From contig NC_068986.1 of NCBI RefSeq assembly GCF_001194135.2, forward strand, positions 7,291,040-7,355,039: a stretch of DNA of 64,000 nucleotides, read 5' to 3'. Positions 1-11,365 of this stretch are shown piece by piece; position 1 is the first letter of the stretch, and every line of letters begins with the position of its first letter. A program made the translations under genes and the position numbers. Under the pieces are notes generated by a model. It saw only the letters and a program-made list of their open reading frames with translations, made no database searches and was not told where the DNA came from. Origin of the DNA: Octopus bimaculoides. Lineage: Eukaryota.

Positions 1-380
1 TCTAAAAAATTTCGAACTTTTCCACTTTTGTAAACCTCCTTTATCATCCTTTTTTACCTTACTTTCCTTCACCTACCGTCTCTTCGTACTCTGGATGTTC
101 CTAATCTGTCTTCTCTAATCTGCACCTCTTAGCTCTCCTGAAATAAGAATTTCTAACTTCCGGTCAGTCATTGTTATGATCGGCCATTATTATGATTGAC
201 CGTTGACTGAACACTATTCAATTTTTTTTCTCCGTGTTTTTCTCCTTGTCTCCGTATTCTTTCTGTTGAAGAGCGTAGCTCGAAACGTCAAAGACTTTCC
301 GTATTCCCGAGCGTCATACTAATATATACTTTTGTTATTTACACCACCTGTCCTCGTCTGTTGTTATTTTTTGTATATTC
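1..380 (+). mobile_element. 3' end of a Penelope-like element (PLE), repeat family also at ~27765-27890
   Basis: 250-375 (TCTTTCTGTTGAAGAGCGTAGCTCGAAACGTCAAAGACTTT...CCCGAGCGTCATACTAATA) recurs at ~27765-27890 and carries a hammerhead-like motif typical of PLE terminal repeats; no intact ORF seen. Confidence 0.5.
258..294 (+). ncRNA. minimal type-I hammerhead ribozyme-like motif, variant core CUGUUGA
   Basis: helix I TCTTT/AAAGA; core CTGTTGA-A; helix II GAGC-GTA-GCTC; GAAAC; GTC cleavage triplet. Confidence 0.6.
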
Positions 381-586
381 TCCCATATATATATATATAT
401 ATAAGTAATAATTAAGTTAGGCGTTAAATGACAATCTAAGAGATATCAGATATCCAAAGAACTTACTGGTTATTTACCTATATAAATAACATTGTTATGA
501 ATTACCAATAATTAATCATGTAATGATTAAAGTATTTAATTATTAAATCTTATTATTTTGTTTCCATTTCTAATTTATATATATAT

Positions 587-979
587 ATGTATATATATAC
601 ACACACACACGCGCACACACACACGCGCACACACACACACTATATATATATATATATATACATAATCTGTAAATTCTACCTAAATGGTACCTGTTGGCAC
701 GGGGAAAAGGGAGAAAACTGCAAATTTGCTCATCCTAAACAACATCAGCTAAACAAGCTAGATGACCACCCACAACAAAATAAGCGGGAGTGCAGAAAAG
801 AGAGACCAAAAAACTTGAACCTGCATACCCATAATCCACCAAGAACCAACATGACTCACAAGGAAAGAAGACCACATATTCCTTTTACTTCCAACAAAAG
901 GCTCTATGCAGAGGCTGTGCGAACTGCAGAAGCTGAACAGCAAGCTTTTTTAAGCATGGCCCAGAAAATAGTGCATTAA
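587..979 (+). mobile_element. ORF1-like fragment of a non-LTR retrotransposon with a CCCH zinc finger
   Basis: CKFYLNGTCWHGEKGENCKFAH = C-x7-C-x8-C-x3-H at 668-733, directly upstream of an APE endonuclease ORF; the ORF's N-terminus is only (TA)n/(CA)n microsatellite. Confidence 0.6.
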
Positions 980-1085
980 CTAACATGGATACAGAAGGTA
1001 CAGATTCAACACCATACAAACCACTATCCCAGAGTCAACACCATACAAACCACTATTCCAGACCACCACAGACGATGAATCCAGG

Positions 1086-1934
1086 ATGGCCACCACTAAC
1101 ACCAGAGACCCCTGCATAGATATCACACCCATATTCCTACTGAATATCCGGGGCCTATTACGAACAGGCGGCAGAGACAAGTTCCTATACCTGAAAAATC
1201 TAGCTGCATGCAATCAAGCAATATGCAGGGTGCTTACTGAAACGCATCTAACATCTAATATAGCAGATGCTGAAATAAACATACCAGAGTATGCCGTACT
1301 CCGAACAGACAGAAAAGATAGAAGTCATGGGGAAGTTGCAATGTACGTCCGAGAAGATGTCACACCCCTACTACTCCTATCACAGTCAAACTCTGTCTGT
1401 GATACTTTAATAATACACATAAAACAAATTGACGTAGTTGTATACTCAACATACCGTCCACCAAATACTGCAAAACAGGAGGGTAAATTTGAGGATAGCC
1501 TCAGACGCATAGAAGAGGTCTTGACAAATCTGGACCAACACATCAATATACTTTTCCTAGGCGACTTTAACCTCCCAAATTTTAAATGGCCTGAAGGTCA
1601 CATCCTCTCTGGGATGTCACTGCATGAACAAAGCCAGGCAAAATCTTTGTTAGAACTCTCCAACATGCTGTTCATGGAACAATTGATGCTTCAACCAACC
1701 AGCGGAAGCAATATTTTAGATCTCTGCTTCACAAACAATGTGAGCCTAATCCATAATGTGAAAGTAACACCTACATCTCATAACATTATAGAATTAACAA
1801 TGTATGGTCCTAGACAACCCACTGACACCCATCCCATCAGGAGGACTCAAGCCATAGAAAAGATAATAGGTATCGAAGAAAGTTTTCAAACAGTCGAAGG
1901 AAGCACAAAAGACAACCCCGCCCTTCACTCGTAA
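1086..1934 (+). mobile_element. APE (EEP) endonuclease domain of a CR1-like LINE ORF2, truncated before the RT
   Basis: 282-aa ORF with EEP motifs LLNIRGL, LTETHL, YRPP, GDFNLP, LDLCF; SDH motif degraded to TSHN; no RT follows. Confidence 0.85.
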
Positions 1935-3619
1935 AGTCAACATAAAACAATTAGAGAGAGTGAAGAAGGAAATTTAATTTCTTAAAATACAGTGGACCAC
2001 TATATTCCTTAATTTCAATTTCTGCTTTCATTTTCGACTGCCATTTGTTTAAAGAAACATATATTTAAAAGAATATAACTAAGTTCTATATTTAGCAATA
2101 TCGTTGATATTCGTATAATTTATCGCTTACAATCAATGGAATTTATTGTGGTTTGACGTTGATGTTGCTCTTAACCATTGCGCAATCATGCTTTCTCAAA
2201 ATCGAGTCTCACGCATGTGTTGTACTATGCATATCATGAACTTCGAATTCATGACTAAATTATAGCTTAGAGTTAACTGATATAATTGACTATTATAATA
2301 CTGTTTTCATTTGCTAAAATGTATTTTATGGATTTTACTAACAATAAATAGTTATTTCTTTAAGAATTGTTTATCTCCTAGTCTCTAAAAACTATATCTG
2401 ATTCAGATGTATGAATGATATGTTTTCTGCTCGTGAAGGAGTTTATTTTTCAACTCGAACGCTTGCATTATGCAAAATGAAGGTTTACTGTTTTATGTTC
2501 AATAAACTTGCATTTACTGATATTTAGATTCAACACTTCATACAAGACAATCACAACAATTTTAAATGCATTTGAATCTCAAAACAGAAAAGGGAAGATT
2601 CGAAAACCCCGCGGGAAAGAGAGAACTGAGCGTTCCCCCACTAGATATGTCAACGTTAGTTACAGAAACTAGTCATGTAATGGGTAGAGGTGTCACTTCA
2701 CTTGGCTGGAAATTATGATGATAAGGAGCATTTTCAACTGGAAATATTAAAAGACGATTCATTTTGTTTTATATAAAGTACAAACTTATATTGTATGGCC
2801 TCAACGCTCATTCAAATCTAAATCTTAATAAGCGTCAAGAGCATTGCGTTATGTGATGTAATCAACAACGTTTCCCATCAACGTCAGCAACAGAACTAAA
2901 AATGTAGTTTGTTAATGGAATTGTTACCAATAGACAACTATCTATGATATTCTGGATATTCCAGCGGAAACTTTTTTGTGTGTATTCCAGCTTTTATAAT
3001 GTAATAACTTTTTGACAACAGCGCAAATGCAGAAACACTACATAAAAATACTTTTTCGTAATTTTCCTCAGCATATGAAATGTGAACCGATGTCAGGCTA
3101 ACATTCTTCTAAAATCATTCGAAAGCTTTATAATTTGTTCATGCATTTAAACAGACATCTCCAGAAATGCGGAAATACATATGTCAATGTATGTAAACAC
3201 ATTTTAAATATAAATTTTGCTTCAACACACACGCACATGTGATGTTGCTATTTCTTCCGCTAGATTTGGTATGTCATTATTTACGTCTCTGTGAATAAGA
3301 TAGAACGAGGTCGTTAAATGTTATTTGCGATGCCTCAAAACGCTAGAATACATTAAAAATATATTCCAGTGTTGTATCATACACATCTTCTTCATTGACG
3401 GTGGCCTTCAAATGCTTCGAAGATGAGACAAAACATTTTATGACACTAGTTCTATTAATCTGATGGCATTATTTTACGATTAAAGTTTTGGTAAGTAAAA
3501 TTAGTAAATTTGCACGAAAAATTAAAAGTAGTAGCAATAGTAATAGTTTTGCAGTCAATGAGTTATATCAAAAGCTAGATTTGTATTTACTTATTCAAGA
3601 AAAGACTGATAGAATGGCA

Positions 3620-4430
3620 TTTCTTTACATCTTACAGATCGCGCATAGATTTCCTAAAACGGATCTGCTGTCCTGAGCGCACGAAGGTAATGAAATATCT
3701 GGTTGGTTCTTTCAATGGTCTTTTCCCACTGTTGATGTGAGTAATTTGGTTCTTTATAGCATTGAAGATAATTTCAAGGACCAAGTTGTATCTCCATGTA
3801 TATCTCTTCAATGCCAGTGAACAGTTGGAAAGAACATGTTTCAGTGTTCCGACCTTGCCTCATTTCCATATATCATTCTCAGACGCGTTTCGTCTTACTA
3901 GATTTGTAGGTGTAGGCAAGACATCATAAGATGAACGAATCAGAAAATTTAGCAGAGATGTACTACACCCCCATATCTCATTCCAACTTATTTTTCTCTC
4001 AACATCTCGTCATCTGTCCTTGCTGAGTGCAGTGCATCAAATGAAGCTCTCTCCCCTCTGCTTCCCTTGTTTTGACGCTGTTGCTAACAACAGATCTGCG
4101 TTCGCCCCGCATCATACTTGCAAACGGTCTGAACTGATCTGTGCCAAAACCAAGTCTCTTCCGATGAATTTGCGTTGCATCCACCATATCTCGGTGTGTA
4201 AGAGAAGACAGAATGTCATCAGTCTCTGCTTCTGCTTTCCACTTCCTGGCCGTTTTTACATTTGGTGGATTACGCCTGATTTCTATGTCCTTCGACTCTC
4301 TCAGTATCATCACCGTTGTACCTTCCCTAATTTATAAAGTTTGACTATTGACACCAATGGTAACTGCAACGAGCCTCTTTTACGATAGAGAGCTGAACTG
4401 TTCAATATCCGAGGTAGGCCTGGTCACTTT
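3620..4430 (-). mobile_element. Hero-like (restriction-like endonuclease) non-LTR retrotransposon fragment
   Basis: minus-strand translation LQLPLVSIV..MILRESKD..RKWKAEAETDDILSSLTHRDMV..LGFG, then LKHVLSNCSLALKRYTWRYNLVL and ITFVRSG, matching Hero ORF C-terminal motifs; stops and frameshifts. Confidence 0.75.
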
Positions 4431-4759
4431 CTAATGAACATTTCACTTTTGTTTAATGATTTGAATTCGTGACAGTGCTACCTCGTATATTAACACACGC
4501 ACATACACTTTTGTTCATTTAGGTAACCACTGTCCATTTTTGTAGCTTCCGTCATATATTTCTCATTTATTAGATCTATTTCTTGTATTTTATCGTTACG
4601 TTTTTGTTTTTTATATGTAATATTTTATAGGTATCAGTTTTTATACCATTCTCGGTCACGATGTACTCAACTTACACATATTTCTTTTCCTCACGTTTGT
4701 GATACGATAGTTATTTTTCCTTAACTTTTCTATATAAGTATCGACTGTAGTTTTACTTC

Positions 4760-5035
4760 TTATCGTCACCAAATATTGATAGTCTAACTTTATGGTTTTG
4801 TCATGGAGCTACAAGGTTTATAGGGAGGGAAAATGAGATTAGATTTACACCTTGAATGGCAATATCAGTAAAAATACAGCTCGGAATGAATACTACGACT
4901 TATAACCGCTGTTTCAGTGATTATTATAATATTAGTGGGAAATACTTTTTCGTCAGTGAGCAAAAACAGAAAAAGAGAAATTATAAAATAGTCTGAAAGG
5001 AGATGCTTTTGGCCGAAACGTCGGTTTTGTAGATT
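4760..5035 (+). mobile_element. degenerate PLE 3' end
   Basis: EWQYQ*..GMN-like C-terminal remnant at ~4850-4890, then CTGAAAGGAG..GGCCGAAACGTCGG hammerhead-like remnant. Confidence 0.35.
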
Positions 5036-5591
5036 TATCTTTCAAGCAGAAGTCTGGTAATAATTAGGATCTGAAAATAAAGCAAGCAAAAATTACTTGT
5101 AAGTGTTACTTTTTACTATCACCTAAAAGGATGCCCTGATTATTATTATATTAAGAGAGTGGCAGAAACAACAGGGCAGGTTGTCTGATTAAATCGATTA
5201 TGGCATTTAATTTCGTTCGTTGTGTATTCCAATTCGGCCAAAGTCGACTTTACTCTCTAACATCTATAAACTAGACAACTGCAATGAACAAAAACAATAG
5301 TATCAGTGTTACGCAGTGATGAGAAATACACGAACTTTAGGTTAGTTCAAATATATTTGTGACATATTTTAACTTCTCAAGGTAATTTCACGACAGTTTA
5401 CTGTGGAGAAAAAAAAATTCTTTTTTATGGTAAAAGGTGTAAAAACGCCTTATCTTCTCAGAAATAGATACTGAAGAGATATAAACCTAGGTAGATTATA
5501 AGGCTGTATACAGAAATATGGGAGTAGAAGTGATGAGCAGTTCATTTATTTCTCAGATAAGCTACAGCTTCAGGGTTATCGCTGTTCGGTA

Positions 5592-5631
5592 TCTTCTGAT
5601 GAAGGCTAAGGAGCTAGAAACGCATCTAAGA
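5592..5631 (+). ncRNA. degenerate minimal hammerhead ribozyme-like motif
   Basis: TCTT-CTGATGA-A-GGCT(AAGG)AGCT-A-GAAAC-GCATC-T-AAGA: intact CUGAUGA and GAAA cores, imperfect helices. Confidence 0.45.
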
Positions 5632-5897
5632 GTTCATTGGAGAGAGAGATACTGGGTAGATAAGGATTTCCTCCCCTTTTTAACGATAAGCAACAATGTT
5701 TTTCTTCACGGTTCGAGGGTAAAATGTCACAGACATATTTAAACTAATAAAGTTGGAATGAACAAATTTGGGGCCTTTTATAAAAATTGAAAACCATTAT
5801 TTTGTAAGAAGTATTAGATTGTCATTGATATTAGCTACAACTGTAGACTTTTCAAAGTTAGTTGTAACACAGTAGGCCATGTTCTTTACTTTCAGTT

Positions 5898-6870
5898 ACA
5901 CTGAATCGCAAAAAAGAAAAAAAAAAAACGCGAGACGTGTGTGACTGTGAAATGTTTTAATTTCATTATGTCAGAGATGAATTTTGATAAATCTGATAAA
6001 GTCAATTTCTTGGATGTACTTTGTCCACAGTCTATGGGTCGTTGTCATGTGTTCTGGTAGTAGGAAGATCCAGCACATAGGTATTGTAGGGCGTGACATG
6101 TTCAATACCGTGTATGCCCTCCCTAGGTGTTCGAAACGAACATACACCGTCGGTTCACAAAAGCCATTGGCACCAGAGGAAAGCTGCCTCCAGTTCCACA
6201 CGAGTTGTCGGCCTCGGGACCACCTGGTTCAGCCGTCTCTGGATTTCATCCCACAGGTGTTCAATTGCGTTCAAGTCCGGACTGAAAGCCGGCCATGATT
6301 TTGATGTTGTGCTAATGCAAGAAGTCCATGATGACCCTGGCTGTGTGGGAGGGAGCATTGTCTTGCTGGAACACGTGGCTATGGTGACGCGCGAAGAAGG
6401 ACACGATGTGAGGTCTTAGGATCTGGTCAACGTAGCGCTGCGCTGTGATGCCAATCTCTCTGCCTGTACCAGTATTTTGGAACACATGAGGTCCAATTCT
6501 CTGATTTAGGCCTATAACACACCAAACCATGATGCTTTGGAGATCCCACGTATCTCTCTCCATGACACATGCGTCTCTGTAGCGTTCACCCCCTCTAACG
6601 TCACCCCCTCACTGCCATACGAAGTGGAACCACAGTACTGGCTTTCGTCAGAGAAGACTATCAACCTCCATTGTTAACGCCGCGAATGTCGGTGCTGTGT
6701 AGTTCACTGTAGTGGTGCCTGACGGTGGCGGGCGGTGAGGACAGGCCTTCAAGCAGTACGACGGCAATTCAGGTTCTTGGCGGCCAGTCGACATCATACG
6801 CGTCCAAATTACGAATGATTTTTATTATTGTCCGTTACGGACGAACAAAGAGGGGACAGCACAATATGAT
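5898..6870 (-). mobile_element. Tc1-like DD34E transposase remnant
   Basis: VFQQDNAPSHTAR and WPAFSPDLNAIEHLWDEIQRRL motifs, SIMVWCVIG; TA-CACTG-type end near 5898; frameshifted. Confidence 0.9.
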
Positions 6871-6999
6871 CTGGGGGTCACATGCATCGAGATGATTTTA
6901 AAAATTTATATAATAAATATGATAAAACGAATGGGACACAAAAAGACAATGACATACCATAAAGGACAAATGGGAATAAAAAGACAAGAATGCTCCGAC

Positions 7000-7370
7000 C
7001 CCACGAGCCCTGCCTTTTAATCGACACCCTGTTTTTTCCTTATGTCGTGTTCAAGCAAGGCCTTTCACTCCCAACATAGGTGCAACACGCGTCCATCGTT
7101 TTTTAAACACGCTCTCTGACAGACACCTTCTCTTCAACTCCACTTTTCTTTCGAGGTGAAACGTAAAAACATTTACCAAGGTGAGACCAGGTATGAAGCT
7201 GTCTGTCACAAAGCCTTTCATTCTCGACTTCCAAATCACCTCTTTCTCAATTGCTACTACTATGAGAAAGCACGTTTCTTTCATTGTTCAGTGTATTTTC
7301 TATTTTTGTTGTTAACACACTGTAGTCTTGGTGATGAGTTCAACAGTGACCGAATCTATTTTATTTTCAA
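7000..7370 (-). mobile_element. L1/Tx1-like ORF2 C-terminal fragment
   Basis: CFLIVVAIEKEVIW..LVNVFTFHLERKV..RRCLS..FKKRW resembles the Tx1-clade ORF2 C-terminus. Confidence 0.6.
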
Positions 7371-7594
7371 TCAAAAATGGTAAGTTAACAGTAAGAGAGA
7401 AAAAAGTATATTGACAGGCTGTCTTTGAATACTGTTGATAAACATAGAATATACATATAGCGTGCAGGCTATATAAAACATGTATTTAAGATCCGCTGTT
7501 CCTCAAGTTCATTAGCTTACCACGCTATTAATAGATGCCACAGAAAACAATACTACTACGCTAATAACATCAGTTACTATTAAAAATACAAATT

Positions 7595-7710
7595 CCGCTA
7601 AGGTCGACTTTGCCTTTCATCCTTTGAGGTTGATAAAGTACCAGTTGGGTAATCGACTAACCCTATCCCCTCAAATTTCAGGACTTGTTCCTATAGTAGA
7701 AAGGATTATT
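7595..7710 (+). mobile_element. 5'-truncated tRNA-derived SINE (family 'SINE-A') with 17-bp target-site duplication
   Basis: family core GGTCGACTTTGCCTTTCATCCTTT; TATTAAAAATACAAATT duplicated at 7578-7594 and 7707-7723. Confidence 0.85.
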
Positions 7711-8029
7711 AAAAATACAAATTGATATAGCATATACCACTGTCACTTCACTATTAAATCATTCTTTCTACACTGCTGTAGTAATCAATAAACTAGTAAT
7801 CAAACACTGGTACATCACCATTAAGATCATTAGAAAAATTAAACCTACAATTAATTACATCAACTTTTAGAACTGCCAGAAACCTATATAACGGTTGTTG
7901 AGATACGATTGGTGGTGAGTGGTTGCGTAGGACGAATCGCCTGATTTGAATGGTTTATATCAGACGTGTTTATTCCTCCATTTGGCAGATGTTTATTGCA
8001 ATGTGAAACAAACTGGGAACATTCTCAAC

Positions 8030-8380
8030 TGTGGTAACCGTGAAATGATGTTGCTGAAAAGACATGAGCAAAAGGGAAATCCTCAACAATTTTCAGCGAA
8101 TAACTGACGAAAACCGAATATTAAACTTTCGCCAAAGTGTTCGTTCGGAGATTGGCACTTGTCTTCGGTAGTGTGGTGAGACATGTCCTAGACATTTACT
8201 TTTCCTAACAAATCTATCAATGGCAGCCTCCTCTCTCTACCAAACACAGTAAAGAGGGCAGATAATAATGGTGGCTCCGATGAGGTTATGATTCACTTGG
8301 ATTAAGCCAAAACTTTCGATAGAGTCAACTCGCAGTACCTGGTGGTTGTCTTTAGTGTCAATTGGGATAAATATCATCAT
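8030..8380 (+). mobile_element. L1/Tx1-like reverse transcriptase fragment
   Basis: AKVFVRRLALV and IHLD*AKTFDRVNSQYL (RT LDQSKAFDRV motif), degenerate. Confidence 0.65.
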
Positions 8381-8399
8381 GGCGTCAATTGTATTTTCT

Positions 8400-9700
8400 C
8401 TGAACTAATATTTTGCCATCTGCTGCAATAGGATTATTGAATACTTAGGCGTCACTTTTTCGTAGAAGCAGTGGAATAAATATCCATGCTTACTGAATGT
8501 GGAGTAACCACCAACTAACTCTCACTTTCTCTGTTTTAAATCTCCACTTCTGAGCCACTTTGGTGTTTTTCACAGTTGTGACTGTAACCGCATTCGTCAT
8601 AAATTTGTGGCTATAACCGCATTCCTCATAAATTACTTTCATAATTCACTTCGATATGTTCTCTTCATGTTTAACACAAATAGGTCCTAGTTCTATTACA
8701 GTATGTTTAAGAAATTGTCCTCCACTGTTCGCTAGGTAGAAGTTTATGGTCCTTTCTTCTTCACACTAGAAATTCGATTAAGCGCTCTCCCTCCAATTTT
8801 CCACTTCATTCACAAATTGCTGGTATTTACCTTCGGGTGGAACGCGTCTTATATAGATAGGAATTTTCTTATTTTTCTGTCTGTATTTAGTTCATCATTC
8901 GCTCCCCCCACTCCTCTATTCCAACAGTGTAATGCAAGACACGAACCTCCCAACTGTAGATCATATTTATCAAATTCATTCCCATGTTTGGATTTCATTA
9001 TATGTGGTAACCTTTTCAAATATATCGTTTTCACTTTTTAAAAAAAAATTCTCCAATGTATAATGTCATGGAGTTCCAGAATTCCATTTTCATCAGATTC
9101 CAAAATCCATTCTTCCGGTAACTTTATTCCAATTAAATGTTCTTTCTTCCTCGTCTTCGTGACCAAAGTCACACATTTTTTGATACCAAACTTCATTCCA
9201 ATATCACTACAAAACACCTTTACTGTTTTAGCAGGTGAATTGATCTCTTCTTCAGACTTTGCTAATAGTTTTAGGTCATCAATGAAGAATAAATGAATAA
9301 CAGAGGATGAATTTCTCCCGAGTTTGTAGCTCGTTTCGACTCGTGCTATTGAGATGATAAATAACAAGAGGAAGAAAAGACCCCTTGACAGATACCCCTT
9401 TAAAAGGCACACTTCGAAGTACTTTCATGTTCACCAACATGCTCGTTTTCCAACGTGTCATACTAGCCACGAGAATATTGACAAAAGTTTCAAGCAATGC
9501 CAAACATTTTAAGAGATTCTGCAATCCAAGAATGGGTCCAGGTATTAAACATTTCTGAAGTCGATTCACACCATCCACAGAGTAGTGTGTTAGCATTTGT
9601 AGTTCTTTTCATTACCATTTTGTCAATGATAAGAAGGTCCTTGGTGCCTTTTGAATGTTTTCTGCATCCATTCTGTTACAGATAAAGAGATAAATAATAT
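8400..9700 (-). mobile_element. R4/Dong-like RLE non-LTR retrotransposon fragment
   Basis: GTKDLLIIDKM, HSWIAESLKMFGIA, IHLFFIDDLKLLAKSEEE..DIGMKFGIKKC, WLRSGDLK motifs; frameshifted. Confidence 0.85.
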
Positions 9701-10448
9701 ACACGTCATATTCAGGCAGACATAAAAGTACAGAAACGCTCTTACACACAATATAATTTCTTCCGAAAGCATAACCACTGCCTATCTATTTAAAATAATG
9801 TATCTGAGAACTTACTGAGAAGTAAAATCTATAGAAACATTAAATATTTTCTCACAACCTAATCGTTACTTCTCCTGATATGCCCCTACTGTACATCACT
9901 TTTCATAATATAACATGGATTTATCTGCAAAACGTGTGGTTATAATCGAAGGCAATGCAAAACATAGCAGCCCACAAAAACTATAGTTAACAACAACCTG
10001 AAAATTTAACCTTTTTCGAAGTTATCTTTTCGCCTCAAATAAAATTTCGAGTAAATTTATCTTCGAATAAAATGTAGAATTTTTGTCAAGACTTTGTTAC
10101 AGACAAAACTCTTCGCTGATGAAATTAGTTTCAAATAATTACATTTATCTGTTCAGCTTGTTGTAAACAAGAATTGGTTTTGAGTGAAATTCGTTTCCCA
10201 TGTATTTAGTTAACAGAATTAGCTGATGAAGAAATTTTGTTTCGTTCCCACTAAGAGAAGTCTGAATTAAATTGGTTGAACTACAGAACTGTGATATAAA
10301 ATAAAATCTGTGAAAAGTGGAGTATTGATTTAAATTGCATGCCATTTACAAGATTTCTTTTAGCAGAATCATTCGTGTTGATTGAATGCCAGATTTGATA
10401 AGGAATTTTAGAAGATTAGCATTCGGATCGATATATTTCCAAATTTAC

Positions 10449-10470
10449 CTGCTTCACCACTTCCCAGAGG
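10449..10470 (-). other. candidate 22-nt microexon
   Basis: minus strand TTTTTTTCAACAG|CCTCTGGGAAGTGGTGAAGCAG|GTAAAT; reads PLGSGEA or LWEVVKQ. Confidence 0.3.
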
Positions 10471-10793
10471 CTGTTGAAAAAAATGTTGAGTTACAAAACA
10501 ATAATTCAAAAGTTTTAAAAATGACTTTAAGCAAATAATCTTAAGTTCATTAACATAGCAAGAAAAACCTCTATATATCTATAATATATATATATATATA
10601 TATATGTAGGAATGTATGTACGCGTGTGTGAATTCTTTTTTTTTTGTTTCAACCACTGAACTGCAGTCATCATGAGGTAAAACCTTAAAAAGGTTGCAGT
10701 CGATTATAGGAACCTCACTACTTATTAAGTCAGATACATAGTTTACCGATATTTTTTGTTGCACCGCTAAGTCTTGAACCATAGACACCAACG

Positions 10794-10844
<51 letters not shown>

Positions 10845-10850
<6 letters not shown>

Positions 10851-11070
10851 TGGCCAAAAGTCACCCGATAGTAAATCAAAACCATTTAACTCCAAGATTC
10901 ATTTATGCTTAATAACTGAATGAATTTAATAAAAGCATCTAAATATGAAGTATGAAAATTGTTCAAAGTGAAGTCCTTCTTGAGCGCCACATTTTCCCAT
11001 TAGAGTCAATAGAGAATTACAGATAGTATTTATGGAATTTTGATTTACTGTCGGGTAACTTTTGGTCAAC

Positions 11071-11074
<4 letters not shown>
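10845..11074. mobile_element. Tc1/mariner-type MITE (~230 bp)
   Basis: ~37-bp imperfect TIRs TAGGGTTGGCCAAAAGTCACCCGATAGTAAATCAAAA / TTTTGATTTACTGTCGGGTAACTTTTGGTCAACCCTG, embedded between (TA)n and (TG)n. Confidence 0.85.
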
Positions 11075-11132
<58 letters not shown>

Positions 11133-11274
11133 ACACACACACACATATATATATATATGAGAGGGAGAGAAAGACCGTGGGAGCGCGAGAGATTATGTAG
11201 TATAGACCATTGAAGAGACCATCATAGGGAACAGCGCTGTACAGTGAAGCAATGCAACATCATCGAAGCAACCT

Positions 11275-11365
11275 CTACGCGGTAGATCAGCCAGTTAGAA
11301 ATAGCAGTCATCTCGTCATATGACATCCTTACACTACAAAAAAGCAGTCACTGGGCAATGTAGTC
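11275..11365 (+). repeat. old dispersed repeat core, probably SINE-derived (also ~33118-33215 and ~63518-63605)
   Basis: shared CTACGCGGT..TAGAAATAGCAG(T/C)CA..ATGTAGTCC-like sequence in three places, by eye. Confidence 0.4.

Noticed and set aside
4340-4413. AG...GAG|GTAGGC exon candidate
   Set aside because: Stops in all three frames, and it is antisense to the Hero-like ORF.
7326-7379. 54-nt plus-strand exon candidate (LGDEFNSDRIYFIFNQK) with GTAAGT donor
   Set aside because: It lies antisense within the Tx1-like fragment, so a chance signal is the simpler explanation.
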